Assembly: GCF_963921235.1 (NCBI RefSeq)
Contig: NC_086097.1
Coordinates: 221,652,001-221,716,000 of the forward strand
Length of the DNA stretch: 64,000 nucleotides
Direction of reading: 5' to 3'
DNA from: Mobula hypostoma
Taxonomy: Eukaryota
The position numbers were made by a program, and so were the translations under genes. Positions 51,039 through 64,000 of this stretch are shown here, piece by piece (the first letter of the stretch is position 1; every line of letters starts with the position of its first letter). The notes beneath the pieces are model-generated. The model searched no databases and was not told the origin of the DNA. It saw nothing but the letters and a program-made list of their open reading frames with translations.

Positions 51039-54000
51039 AGGGGAACAGACAGGAGGTTCTGTCAGCCTGGTAGAGATACCCGCGTGGTGTGTTGCCTCCC
51101 AGGTGCCAGGGTACGGGATGTCTCGGATCAGGTGCAGAGTATTCTGAAGGGAGAGGGTGAACAGCCAGAAGTCTTGGTACAAGTTGGTACCAATGACATT
51201 GGTAGAAAAAGGGAGGAGGTCCTGAAGAAAGAATTCAGGGAGTTAGTTAGGAGGCTGAAAGCAGGACCTCCAGGGTAGAAATCTCAGGATTGCTGCCTGT
51301 GCTATGTGCTAACGAGCGCAAGAATAGCATGATCAGGCATATTAATGCGTGGCTCAGAGGCTGATGTAGGGGGCAGGGCTTTGGGTTCCTGGATCATTGG
51401 GGCCTCTTCTGGGGGAGGTATGATCTGTACAAAAAGGATGGGTTACACCTGAACCAAAAGGGGTCCAATATCCTTGCAGGCAGGTTTAATAGCGCTGTTA
51501 GGGAGGGTTTAAACTAATTTGTCAGGGGAATGGGAAGCAGAATGATAGGGCTGAGGAAGGGGAAAACAGAAATAAATCAAAGATAGTGTGCAAAGAAAGG
51601 ACAGGAAGGAGATGAGGCATAATCACAGCCAGTGGATGAATTACAGGGCAATAGTGGCATGGTGCAGTTAAAACAGAAAACAACAAATACTGGACTGAGA
51701 GTGTTATATTTGAATGCACGCAGCATAAGGAATAAAATGGACGATCTTGAAATTCAGCTACAGATTGGCAAGTATGACGTTGTGGCCATCTCTGAAACTT
51801 GGCTAAAAGATGGCTGCCTTTGGGAGTTGAACGTCCAAGCATATACAGTGTATCAGGTAGATAGGTTAGCAGGCAGAGGTATAAGAAACCTGTGTATAAG
51901 AAAGAATATTAAATAATTAGAAAGGGATGACATAAGATCAGAAGGTGTAGAGTGTAGAGTCTCTATGGGTTGAGTTAAGAAATGGCAAGGGTAAAAGGAC
52001 CCTAATGGCAGTTGTATACAGGCCTCCAAATAACAGCCGGAATGTGGATGTGGATCAAATTACAGCAGGAGATAGAAAAAGTGTGTCAGAGGGCAAGATC
52101 ATGAAAATCGTTGGGGATTTTGAAATGAAAGTGGATTGGGAAAACCAGGCCAATACTGGACCTCAAGAAAGAGAATTTGTAGAATGTCTAAGGGATGGCT
52201 TTTTAGAACAGCTTGTTGTTGAGCCCACGAGGGGATCGGCTGTGCTGGATTGAATGTTGTGCAATGATCTGGAGGTGATAAGAGAGTTTAAGGTTAAGGA
52301 ACCCCGAGGGAACAGGGATCACAAGATGATCGAGTTCACTTTGAAATTTGAGAAGGAGAAACTAAATTCCAATGTGTCAGTATTTCAGTGGGATAAAGGA
52401 AATTACAATGGCGTGAAAAGGGAACTGGCCAAAGTTGACTAGAAAGGGACACTAGCAGGAAGGACAGCAGAGCAGCAATAGCTGGAGTTTCTGCGAAAAA
52501 TAAGGGAAGTGCAAGAGAAATATATTCCAAATAAGAAGAAATTTTTGAATGGAAGAAGGACATTACTGTGGATGACAAGTGAAGTCAGAGCCAAAGGGCA
52601 TATAAGGAAGCCAAAGCTAGTGGGAAGATAGAGGATTGGGAAGCTTTTAAAAATTTGTGGAAGGAAACTGAGAAGCTCATTAGGAAGGAAAAGATGAATT
52701 ATGAGAGGAAGCTGGCGACTAATATCCAAGAAGATACTAAAAGCTTTTTTAAGTATATAAAGGGTAAAAGAGAGTTGAGCGTATATATAGGACCAATAAA
52801 AAATGGACCTGAGATATTGTAATGCAGAGATGGCAGAGGAACTGAATGTGTATTTTGCATCAGTCTTCACAGTGAAGACGTCTGCAGTATACCAGACATT
52901 CAAGAGTGTCAGGGAAGTGAAGTATGTGCAGTGAAAATTACAACTGAGAAGGTGCTCAGGAAGCTTAATGGTCTGAAGGTGGATAAATCTCCTGGACCTG
53001 ATGGACTGCACCCTCGGGTTCTGAAGGAAGTAGCTGGAGAGATTGCGGAGGCATTAACAATGATCTTTCAAGAATTGGTAGATTCTGGCATTGTATCGGA
53101 TGACTGGAAAAATGAAAACGTTACTCTGCTATTTAAGAAGGGTGGGAGGCAGCAGAAGGGAAACTATAGACCTGTTTTCTGACATCTGTGGTTGGGAAGT
53201 TGTTGGAATCGATTGTTAGGGATGAGATTACGGAGTACCTGGAGGCACATGACAAGATATGCCAAAGCCAACATAGTTTCCTGAAAGGAAAATCCTGCCT
53301 GGCTAATCTACTACAATTTTTTTGAGGAAATTACAAGCAGGGTAGACAAAGGAGATGCAGTAGACATGGTGTACTTCGATTTTCAGAAGGCCTTGACAAG
53401 GTGCCGCACATGAGGCTGCTTAGCAAGATAAGAATCCATGGAATTACAGGGGAGTTGTTAACATGGGTGGAGCATTGGCTGATCGGCAGGAAACAGAGAG
53501 TGGGAATAAAGGGATCCTATTCTAGCTCTCTGCCAGTTACCAGTGGAGCTCCACGAGGATCTGTGCTGGGACTGCTGCTTTTTACGATGTATGTCAAAGA
53601 TCGAGACTGTGGGATTAATGGATTTTTGGCTAAATTTGCCGATGATACAAAAATAAGTGGAGGAGCAGATAGTGTTGAGGAAACAAAGAGCCTGTAGAGA
53701 GACTTAGATAGTTTAGGGGAATGGGCAAAGAAGTGGCAAATGAAATACAATGTTGAAAAGTGTATGGTCATGCACTTTGACAATAAACAATAGACAATAG
53801 GTGCAGGAGTAGGCCATTCAGCCCTTCGAGCCAGCACCACCATTCACTGTGATCATGGCTGATCATCCACAATCAGTACCCTTTTCCTGCCTTCTCCCCA
53901 TATCCCTTCACTCTGCTATCTTTAAGAGCTCTATCTAACTCTTTTTCGAAAGAATCCAGAGAATTGGCCTCCACTGCCTTCTGAGGCAGAGCATTCCACA

Positions 54001-55098
54001 GAACCACAACCCTCTGTGTGAAAAGGTTTTTCCTTAACTCCCTTCTAAATTATCTACCCCTTATTCTTAAACTGTGGCCTCTGGTTCTGGACTCCCCCAA
54101 CATCGGGAACATGTTTCCTACATCTAGCTTGTCCAATCCCCTAATAATCTTATATGTTTCAAGCAGATCTCCTCTCATCCTTCTAAATTCCAGTGTATAC
54201 AACCCCAGTTGCTCCAATCTTTCAACATACGACAGTCCCGCCATCCCAGGAATTAACCTCGTGAACCTACGCTGCACTCCCTCAATAGCTAGAATGTCCT
54301 TCCTCAAATTTGGAGACCAAATTTCTTTGGTGGAAGAAATAAACTGCCAGATTATTATTTAGATGGGGAGAGAATTCAAAATGCAGAGGTGCAAAGGGAC
54401 TTGGGAGTCCTTGTGCAGGATACCCTAAACGTTAATCTCCAGGTTGAGTCGGTTGTGAAGAAGGTGAATGCAATGTTGGCATTCATTTTTAGAGGAATAG
54501 AATATAAGAGCCGGGATGTGATGTTGAGGCTCTGTAAGGCACTCGTGAGACCATACGGAGTATTGTGTGCAGTTTTGGGCTCCTTAATTTAGAAAGGATA
54601 TACTGACATTGGAGAGGGTTCAGAGAAGATTTACAAGAATGATTCCAGGAATGAAAGGGTTACCGTCTGAGAAACGTCTGGCAGCTCTTGGGCTGTATTC
54701 ACTGGAGTTCAGGAGAATGAGGGGGGATCTCATAGAAACTTTCTGAATGTTAAAAAGGCCTGAACAGATTAGATATGGCAAAGTTATTTCCCATGGTAGA
54801 GGAATCCAGACAAGAGGGCACAACTTCAAGATTGAAGGGCATCCATTTAGAACTGAGATGTGGAGAAATTACTTTAGTCAGAGGGCAGTAAATCTATGGA
54901 ATTTGTTGTTACGAGCGGCTGTGGAGGCCAAGTCATTGGGTGTATTTAAGGCAGAGCTAGATAGGTTCTTGATTAGCCAGGGCGTCAAAGGGTATGGGGA
55001 GAAGGCAGGGGAGTGGGATGACTGGAAGAATTGGATCAGCCCATGATTGAATGTGGGCTGAATGGCCTACTTCTGCTCCTATACCTTATGGTCTTACG
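51039..55098 (+). mobile_element. Near full-length CR1: ORF1 SGNH-esterase part, ORF2 APE-RT, tail; decayed
   Basis: CLPGARV...VGTNDIG, YLNARSIRNK, ISETWL, VYRPPN, FADD, CTTATGGTCTTA tail. Confidence 0.95.
53780..54323 (-). mobile_element. CR1 3' fragment nested in the plus-strand CR1
   Basis: RKDILAIEGVQRRFTRLIPG; (CTATTGT)n tail; CTTTG on both sides. Confidence 0.9.
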
Positions 55099-56689
55099 AA
55101 GCCTGCATGCATCACTTGTGCTGGCAGCTTGTTCCACACTCTCACAACCCTCTGAGTGAAGAATTTTCCTGTCATGTTCCTCTTAAACTTTTAACCTTTC
55201 ACCTTTAACCAATGACCTCTGGTTGGAATCCCACCCAACCTCAGTGGAAATAGCCGGTTTGCATTTATCCTATCTACATAGGTGACCAAAACTGCACACA
55301 GTACTCCAAATTACACCTCACCAACTTCAACGTAACTTGCCATCTCCTGTACTCAACTTTGATTTATGAAGGCCAATGTGCCAAAAGCTTTATTTACAAC
55401 CCCATCTACCTGTGAAGCCACTTTCAATGAATTATGGACCTGTCCTCCAAGGTCCCTTTGTTCTACCACACTCCTCAGTACCCTACCATTCATTGTCTAA
55501 AACCTGCGCTGGTTGGTCCTACCAAAGTGCAACACCTCATACTTGTCCGCGTTAAATTCCAAGTGCCATTTTTCAACCCATTTTTCCGGCAGGTCCAGAT
55601 CCCACTGCAAGCCATGATAGCCTTCCTCACTATCCACTACATTGTGAATCTTGGTGTAATCTGCAAATTTGCTAATCCGAGTAACCACAATATTGTCCAG
55701 ATTATTGATATAGATGACAAACTACTGTGGACTCAGCACTGATCCCTGTAGCACTCCATTAGGCCACAGGCCTCCAGCCAGCGAGGCAATCATCTACTAC
55801 CACTTCCTAGCTTCTCCCACAAAGCCAAAGTCTAATCCAATTTACTACCACATCTTGAATGAGGAGTGCTTAAAACTTCCTGACCAATCTCCCATGTGGG
55901 ACCTTGCTAAATGCCTTGCTACAGTCGACGTAGACAACATCCACTGCCTTGACTTCATCAACTTTCCTGGTAACTTCAGTGAAAAACTCTATAAGATTGG
56001 TTAGACATGACCTACCACACATGAAACCATGCTGACTGTCCTTCATCCGTCCATGTCTATCGAAATATTTATGAATCTGGTCCCTTTGAATAACTTTCCG
56101 ACTACCGATGTCAGGCTCACCAGCCTATAATTTCCTGGTTTATTTTTAGAGCCTTTCTTAAACAGCAGAACAACTTTAGCTGGCCTCTAGTCCTCTTGAT
56201 GCCTCTCCTGTCACTAAGGATTAATGAAATATCTCTCCTAGGGCCCCGGCAATTTCTGCACTTGCCTCCCGCAGAGTCCGAGGGAACACCTGTCAGGCCC
56301 TGGAGATTTATCCACCCTAGTTTGCCTCAGGGCAGCAAACACCTCCTTCTATTGACTCTGTATCCATCTCTCGAGTCAACACAGATGCCAAGGAATCCAT
56401 TTAAGATTTCCTTCATCTCTTTTAGCTCCACACATAGATTTCCATTCTGATCTTGCAGAGGATCAACTTTGTTCCTTACAATCCTTTTGCTCTTAACGTA
56501 TCTGTAGAATCCCTTAGGATTCTCCTTCACCTTGTCTGCTTGGTTGTTTCATTTAAAGCAGATGTTATCTATTTGTTTATTTTAATAATGGGACAGACTT
56601 TTTTTATGATTCAAGGCACAGAAATAGGCCACATTGCCATGCCACCATAATGCGTAGTCTTGAATGTTTTGGCATTTTAAGTCCATGTC

Positions 56690-57300
56690 TAGATGCAGCT
56701 TAATATATGAGAGTAGCTATCTCCACCACGTCTTCAGGCAGCACATTCCAGACTCCAAACACCCTCTGTGTGAAAAATGAATCCCCTTCAGATACCCTCT
56801 ATACCTTCTAACTCTCACCTTAAAACCAGAACCTCTTGCCTTCAAGACCCCAAGTAAGGAAAACCATTTTTATCAGCTATCCTGTTTTTCCTACCTGATA
56901 ACTGGCATGTCACCCCTTCAGACTCCACACCCAGGGAAAACAGTTTGCCTTTATAAATGTAATGCTCTAATCCATCTTGCTAAATCTCCTTTGTACCCAC
57001 TCAGGCACAGTCACATCCAGAAATGTACTTCACACAGTACTTCAAAAGTTGCCTAATTAGTGTAATCTGAAGGATATAGAATGACTTACCAACTATTGTA
57101 TTCTATGCCATGACCAATGAAGGCAGATATCCAACTGAGCTGCCACATTCAGTGAACTATGCACTTGTTCCCCAATGTTCTTGGGATCAGCAACACTCCC
57201 TAGAGCCCTAATATTTATTACGTACAGTACATCCTTCCATAATTTGTCTCCCCAGAATGCAACACCTTACATTTGTTAGGATTAAATTCCATTTCCCATT
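56690..57300 (-). mobile_element. Old CR1 3' fragment
   Basis: Reverse complement FFTQRVFGVWNVLP- and FNPNKCKV-like codons. Confidence 0.65.
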
Positions 57301-59106
57301 TCTCCTCTGGCATAGCACTGTTCAGAGAATTTTGAACTCCAACTCAACAGACTTCAGGGTACCACATAAAACAGCATTCCTCTATCTTTCCTGAAGTCAT
57401 TGGTGCACAGATGTCTATCAAAATTTATCTAAGCAGGATTCTCAGGCTATCTTAAAGATACGGCCAAATGTTCTCCAGTGCTGGCTAAGTGAGACAGACA
57501 TTGCAAACAGTCAGCTTTACTCAAACAGAAGTCGGCCTTGATTTAGCTAATAGGTAGAGCAGACATAATGGGATTGAGCACCCTATGAACCAGGTCCTTT
57601 GCTACCGTAGCAGAAGAATTCTAACTCTCAGTGGATAGAACCAAAGGCATCACTTGCCAATATTTGAAGCCATTTAAATTGTAGCCATTTTGACACTGCT
57701 GTTGCCTTGTGGATGGTTAATAGAGATTGCAGACTAGTCCAAGGATCTGGTTTTGTTATCTTTTCAACACTCAACATATGCCTGACAATAGGAAGGTGTG
57801 AGGTATTATGGTGCTGCCATAGTTAATGGAATTTAATTTTTTAATAAGACAATTTGAAAATATTATGTTTTCAGTAAGTTCTTCAGTGTCTGTCCAATCT
57901 GGATGGGGCAGGAAAACTGATCTTTAAAATTCAATGATCCTTTCAGTGCCCAGACGCATGAAAGCCTGTGCTAAATGTCAAACACTTCTGCTGTTGGTGA
58001 GACTAATGTTTTTCTGGGGTCAGTGGGCATGGAAGAGGGAGTGGAATTTGCCACTCTGAAGCTGTGAATTGGTGTGGGTTTTTTTTTAATTACAGAGGTC
58101 AGAAAGGATTGGATTTCAAGGTTCAAATGCATCATGGACAATTCCCTGCATGTTATCAACACACTATGTGTCTTCAGGGAGTGGAATTCCTTCCTGTTAT
58201 TATAACTGAATGATGGTTTATGGGAGTGTGTGCGCCATTTATTGCAGCCTGGATCTTAGAGAAGCCGGAACCTCCGTCAAACTAGATTGCTTGTCTAGTA
58301 ACTGCCTTGCTATGATGTGAAAGGTGATGCATCACTTTTTAGTAAAGAATCAGTGATGTGTTGAATCCAAAGCCGTGCCACAGCCTGTGATCGAAGTTGC
58401 ACAAATTGTCCGAGGGCTGAACACATCCTGTGTCAGTAATCTTTGGAAATCGTGGCTATTTTCATATCCATAATCAGAAATGAGCTAGCAAATGAATAAA
58501 TAATATATCTGCTTTTTCACTTCTTTATTCAAATAACCCTTCTTTATGCACCGTTGCTCGCGTACTTCTTATATCTTGCATTGGCTGTACTTTCTCGTGG
58601 CAGTGGCCTTCTGAAGTTAAGCTTCCATTTCACGGCTCAATCCTCCTCCCTACTAATTTGTAACTCGGGCATGTGTGTTGAGGATGAAGTGATGCCCTTA
58701 TGGTAGAGGCCATGAGGGGAAATGTCTACTATATCCACTCTAACCTTATAGAAGTATACACAGAGGTTTTACAGGCACAATGACAAAAGGAATCATGTCA
58801 GAAGCCTCCAGTCTAATGGAATAATCATCAATTTCTCTAACTCCCCCCCCACCTTCTCTTTTCCATTCCCCAAACTGGCTCCTATTTACCCCTTCTCTTC
58901 TCCTCACCTACCCATCACCTCCCTTGGATGCCCCTCGTCCTTCCTCCCTCTTCCTTTCCTTTTCCCATGGGTCTACTTTCCTGTCCTATCAGATTCCTTC
59001 CTCTTCGACACCTTACCCCTCTTCCAACCATCATCTCCTAGCTTCTCGCTCATCCTCCTAACCCAACCTACCTATCTTCCTCCTCCCCTGGTCTCACTTA
59101 TCACTA

Positions 59107-59737
59107 CGGCGGGTGATCAAAACTCCAACCCATCACATGCACCAGCCTAACTGCCATCAAATACAGAAAGGTACTGGAAAAGGGCCAGTAACATCATAAA
59201 GGATCCCACACACCCTGCTCATGGACTTTCTGTCCCACTCTCATCATGGAGGAAACCATGTAGCATCCACACCAGGACCACCAGACTCAAAAACAGTTAC
59301 TTTCCCCAAGCAGTAAGGCTGATCAACACCTCCACCCACTAACTCAACCCTCCACATGCCTATATAAAAGCTGTCTTGTGTATTTATACAATACAGTGCT
59401 AGGGTGCTGAAGACTCACACAACACTGTATATTATGTCTTTCCGGTTACCAAATAACAGTAAATACTACTGAGCTAATATTATGCTAAGTACTCTTATTT
59501 CTGTTTCCCAACCACCTTCCTATTTTAACCAAAATACAGTACTTTGCAAAAGTCTTAGCTATATCTATGTGCCTAAGACTTTTGCACAGTACTGTATTTC
59601 GGGCTTTTCTAAATTACTGTGTTTTTTAATCTTATTGTTTTTTCTGTGCAGCTGTGGATTCAGAGTAACAATTATTTCATTCCCCTTTATACTTGTGTAC
59701 TGGAAATGACATTGAACATTCAACAACAAACAACAAC
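59107..59737 (+). mobile_element. Rex1 3' fragment
   Basis: IIKDPTHPAH...RTTRLKNSYFPQAVRL; (CAA)n-like tail. Confidence 0.85.
59537..59594. mobile_element. 58-bp solo Tc1-type mini-MITE
   Basis: TA-CAGTACTTTGCAAAAGTCTTAG...CTAAGACTTTTGCACAGTACTG-TA. Confidence 0.85.
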
Positions 59738-62441
59738 ACTTGCCAGCTTGTATTCCTTCACCTCTCTCCACCTTCTTATGCTGGCTTCTTCCCCTTTCTT
59801 TTGCAGTCCTGATGAAGAGTCTCAGCCCAAAATGCCAACTGTTTGCTCTTCTCCATAGATGCTGCCTGACCTGTTGAGCTCCTCCCTCATTTGTTCCTTT
59901 GGATTTCCACCACATGCAGAATCCCTTGTATTACGACCAAGGTATTAGGAACACTTAAATATCCAGATTTTCCATAGGAGTCTTTCTGCTCAACTGAAGA
60001 GCCAGAGGGGGCTTCAGTTTAACATTTTATATCCAGGAATTAATTCCATGAAGTTAAGCCTTAGAACCAACCACCACCCCCTGCCCCCACTAAACTGTGA
60101 TGCTGTAGAGTAACAAATACAGGTCCATAACCACTGCCATTCCACCACCCCGCCCCCCCCCCATACACAGAGAGAATACAAGCTCAACTACTTTCAGAAT
60201 TTTTTATGACAAGGCAAAAGAAACAATATGGAAGCTATAATGTGTGTCAAGAAATTAGCTGCATAATCACGAAGTTTGACAAGAGGCTAGCTCCATGATC
60301 ATTGAAACTTAAATAGGTTTAGATATTCACTTCAGTTTATTCTATTTTTTTTCTTTATCCTCAGCTAAAGCTGTTTGCATTTTATCAACAGATTATTCAT
60401 TCTTGATCCTCTGCCTTTGCCACCCACTTTGATGTGCCTGGTAACTATCGTAATCCTTTTGAGAGTTTTCTTTAATTCCTCTCCTCTTGGTTAATTTCCT
60501 TTTCATTTTGTGGACCTTAAATCTGCAAGCCTGAGCCAATGTGCACAGTTGATGTTTGCTTTAGCTGAGGATCTTTAACCTGCCTTCCCACTTTATGAAC
60601 ATAAATTGACCCCCCCCGAAATGTCCCACTTCAATTTGACATCCTCATTCCCGAAGGAATCTTCAATCATTTTGCTTTAAAGTTGCTTCTCAGTAGAAGT
60701 AGTCAAATAGTGTTACAATTTGGCATACAACAATGCTTTGACTAATTCAACAGCCAGACACCTCTGACACAAAATGGCACTTGGAAGGCACTGGTTAGGA
60801 AAACAAGACTGCACAAAAATTAAGCACTTCAGACCTGTGATTTCTCAGCCAGGGGTCCATGAACTAGGAGGTATGTACAGCTGTGGAATCAGTCTTAACA
60901 ATTTTCATTGTTCTAGACCGGTATTAGCACCAGAATAGAGCTCATTGTCGAAAAGGATTATAAGACTGCAGCAAATAATGCGCAGGTTCTGTATTAACAA
61001 AACAAATCCTGCTACTCTCTTGTATCTTGCATCGATTTGAATTACAGGTTTAATACTTCACTGAATTGGTGCCCAGGGAACAGGGCCAGGTTGAAGGGAG
61101 AGGGAGGTGGAAAGTGGGGACTCAATCTTCACGCCTGCCATTCTCTCCGATCAAAAAATATATCTTTACCCCAGAACATAAATATGCAGACTAAAAGCCG
61201 CTGGTAGCTCCAATGTATATTCTAATACATGTTTTTATAGGTAACCCAATTTCTGTTCCATTACGTTTATTTTTATAGTAGTTTAATTGCTGGGTCTCTT
61301 CAAAGTGTAGTTAAGAAGCCAGTTTATTTTTCTGAGGCTGGACTCTCAAGTGGCTAGACCAGGTAGTCTGGAAGGCTTTAGTGAACTAGATGGGAATTGA
61401 CAACAAACTAGATGTTATTGTGGTCACCATTATCGACAGTAACCTTTTAATCTGTTTAATTAAAGTTGATTTGCCCAACTGGTCTGGTGGATTTTAATCC
61501 CAATTAATTCAGACATTAGGTTAGTATTGTAAGCATTGTACCAATTGAACCACTATTTGTGGATACTTTGCTGTGTTACAATTATAACAGAAATACATAT
61601 TGTTGTTATGGTAGAAGTTAGGGGTTTACAGCTTTTACCCATCACCAAAAATATTTGACAAATGCAACAACAGAAACATATGTAGCACCTTCCTATGTCC
61701 CAAGATATCGCCGAGGGAAGGAATCAGATGAGGAAGAGTTGAGAAAGCTGAAGAAGGTGAGTGAAGCGATCACTTTGAGGAAGCTGCTGCTAAGGAGCGA
61801 CGAAAGGGTTAAACAGTAAAACTCTTGAGGTTTGAGGTATGATGGCTGAAGGTTCTGTTACCAATTGTACTTCAGAGTGAGAGGTACAGGTAGATTTCAG
61901 ATGACGACATGAACCACTTCATAGCTAAGATTATATTCTGGTTACATTGCAGTAAACAGTACTCAATAATCTCCAGTTATCCAGTAAGCAGTGGTGAGTG
62001 GGCACGGAAACTGAATCGACTTATTGTGGTTTTTGTGTTCATAGCTGCAAGAGATAAAGCATGCTAACCTGCCAGTGATTTGTATTTTGATATCATTCAT
62101 CCCACATAAAAACAACAAGTAAAATAGGTCGTTATTATTATTGCAGTTATAATGTAACTCTAGAATTGTTTGACTGGTCTTCTATAATAAAATTATGTAG
62201 GTTGCCAAAGGAGATGTTTGATAATAACAAGGCTGCAGCATAAATTCAGACCTGTTAATTGTGTGTCTGGTGTTAACCTAGCACCAAATGAAAATTAGTG
62301 GCAGGAAATGATAATTGTCAAATAACCCAACAAAGTACAAATGGACATTGTACTGTATCCATGAGAAATGCAACACACGTCTGAACATTGAACAATTAGA
62401 GGCTGTTCTGCTAATTGTAAACTGCTGGCTGAAAGCATATA

Positions 62442-63247
62442 CAGTGGATTCTATTTAATTGGGCCTTTGGTTAATCGGGACAGCTGCTTATTTGGGACAA
62501 ATATTAAAGAACAATAATAAATCGAGAAATTAGCTGGGATTCCCTTTGATTAATTGGGAAACTATGTGACTTAATGGGGCAGGAGACTATTACCTGACAG
62601 CTTCTAAATAGTGTCAGACGCGTGCACTCATGTGGCTGTTAGGCACTACATCATGTTTAGAGTGAACAGTTTTTAATGAGCGCAGTTGCGTGTGCTTATG
62701 TTCAAAAAGCCGTGATTTTTGTCACTGATAGTTGCCGAGAAATAAGCAGCAAGACAATTCAGAACCGTTTTGCTCACTGTGGTTTCAAGCATTCAGGCTT
62801 GGAGATACCAGAAACAGCCAGGAGTGAAAATGAAATGATTTCATTACTTCAACAAAGAATTTGAATGTATCCGCAATCATCTTGAATATTACAAGGAAAG
62901 TGAAAATTTGGAGGATGCGATCATCAATAGCATTGTAGGAAGGCGATCCATTATCTACACAAGGTGCTTGCACTGATTTTGTTCATTTATAGTCAATCAA
63001 TAGAACACGTACACTGGATAAATTCTTCTGTCGATAACTATTAGGAACTAATGTACAGTTTTATAGTGCTGTAGTAGTATTGACAGTGTTCTAATTTATT
63101 CTGTATTTCATTTAAATACACAATTTGTTCCTCAGTTAATGGTACTTTGTCTTTTTTATACCTTTTTAATTATTTCCATGGAACTTTGTCTAACTAGGGC
63201 AGCTGTTTGATTGGGCCAAGATGTGTTCCATTAACCAGAATCTACTG
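62442..63247 (+). mobile_element. Tigger/pogo-like internally deleted DNA transposon
   Basis: TIRs CAGTGGATTC / GAATCTACTG with TA on the left; transposase C-terminal remnant TIQNRFAHCGF. Confidence 0.85.
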
Positions 63248-63339
63248 CACTTGGCTCACTTTTTGCTATTGTATTAATATGCTTTGTAGAGAAATGAAGT
63301 AATTTATCACCACTCTCTGCACCTGTCAGATCTTTCATT

Positions 63340-64000
63340 TCAGTGAGCTCCCTGCAATTGAGAGACATCCTTGGAAACCCATGCCTGGGCAGCAAGCCCC
63401 TGGCTCAGCACACTTCCAGTGATGGGGGAGAACAAGTGCAAGGGATAGGCGTGACATGGTCCAGGCAGAAGTACGGAACAGCATGGACAAAAGGCAGTGG
63501 AATTGGGGTCACAGGGCATCTGGACAAAATGGGATCTTCCCAAGTGCAAGATTACTTGGGCAGAGCATTGGAGACAGGAAACCTTCTACATTTCTTTCCT
63601 CCTGTGGTCCATGTATGACACTCTCCCTGCACCATCACAGCTGCATATGTGGGGGCTGAGAGAGAACCCTAACTGCAAGATTTGTGGTCAGCAAGGTTCA
63701 CTGGCACACATACTGTCAGGATGCAAAGCAGCTTTAACACAAGGACAGTATAGATGGTGCCACATGGTCCTGCTGTCTCTTGCTGACTCACTGGAGTGGG
63801 AGAGGTGTAAAGAGAGACCAGCTGGCAGAGGCTAACAGAGCAGTAATTTCATCAAGGACAGGGCCACACCAGTCATATCAAAGAGACCTAAATCCACTCT
63901 GCTGTAAACTGCTGAATCATGGGAGATGAGGGTTGATGTGGGAGGAAGTTCCCAGAGGTGGTGCAAGCCACATTTCGACCAGTCATCATACATAGAAACA
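63340..64000 (+). mobile_element. HERO-like RLE non-LTR retrotransposon fragment
   Basis: QGIWTKW...YDTLPAPSQLHMWG...CKICGQQGSLAHILSGC...QGQYRWCH: CCHC knuckle and R(W)RH motif preceding the RLE. Confidence 0.85.

Larger units (their letters stand above)
50866..56540 (-). mobile_element. CR1 (minus) split by a plus-strand CR1; segments 50866-51038 and 55101-56540
   Basis: Tail AGAGTCATAGAGTCATAG at ~50870; sequence resumes at 55101 and runs through RT to KENPKGFYRYVKSKR. Confidence 0.9.
58800..59930 (+). mobile_element. Penelope-like 3' part split by Rex1; hammerhead motif at 59805-59840
   Basis: SLQSNGIIINFSN at ~58803, pyrimidine-rich UTR, resumes at ~59738. Confidence 0.8.

Overview
Vertebrate non-coding genomic DNA. 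The repeat spectrum (abundant CR1 LINEs, HE1/V-SINE-like tRNA SINEs, Rex1/Babar LINEs, Penelope tails) suggests a cartilaginous fish, probably a ray or shark; this is an inference. I recognise no host protein-coding gene. Every ORF I can assign is a decayed transposon fragment: CR1 ORF1/ORF2, Rex1, Penelope GIY-YIG end, hAT zinc finger, Tigger, HERO-type RLE LINE, and tentatively L1/Tx1 and Nimb/Ingi. Notable structure: (1) at least 9 Penelope-tail minimal hammerhead ribozyme motifs, two with intact cores; (2) a composite Tc1-type element made of two ~60-bp palindromic MITEs flanking a shared cargo, in two copies plus a solo MITE; (3) a ~4.7-kb TE-free, CpG-retaining domain (26.35-31.05 kb) with enhancer/promoter-like motifs and a 90-nt exon candidate with recursive-splice architecture; (4) deeply nested TE stacks at 31.9-35.1, 40.6-48.4, 50.9-56.5 and 58.8-59.9 kb, including a chimeric CR1; (5) a solo LTR with TSD, a fold-back element and a probable LINE/non-autonomous partner pair. 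Boundaries were read by eye and are approximate unless a TSD or TIR is quoted.
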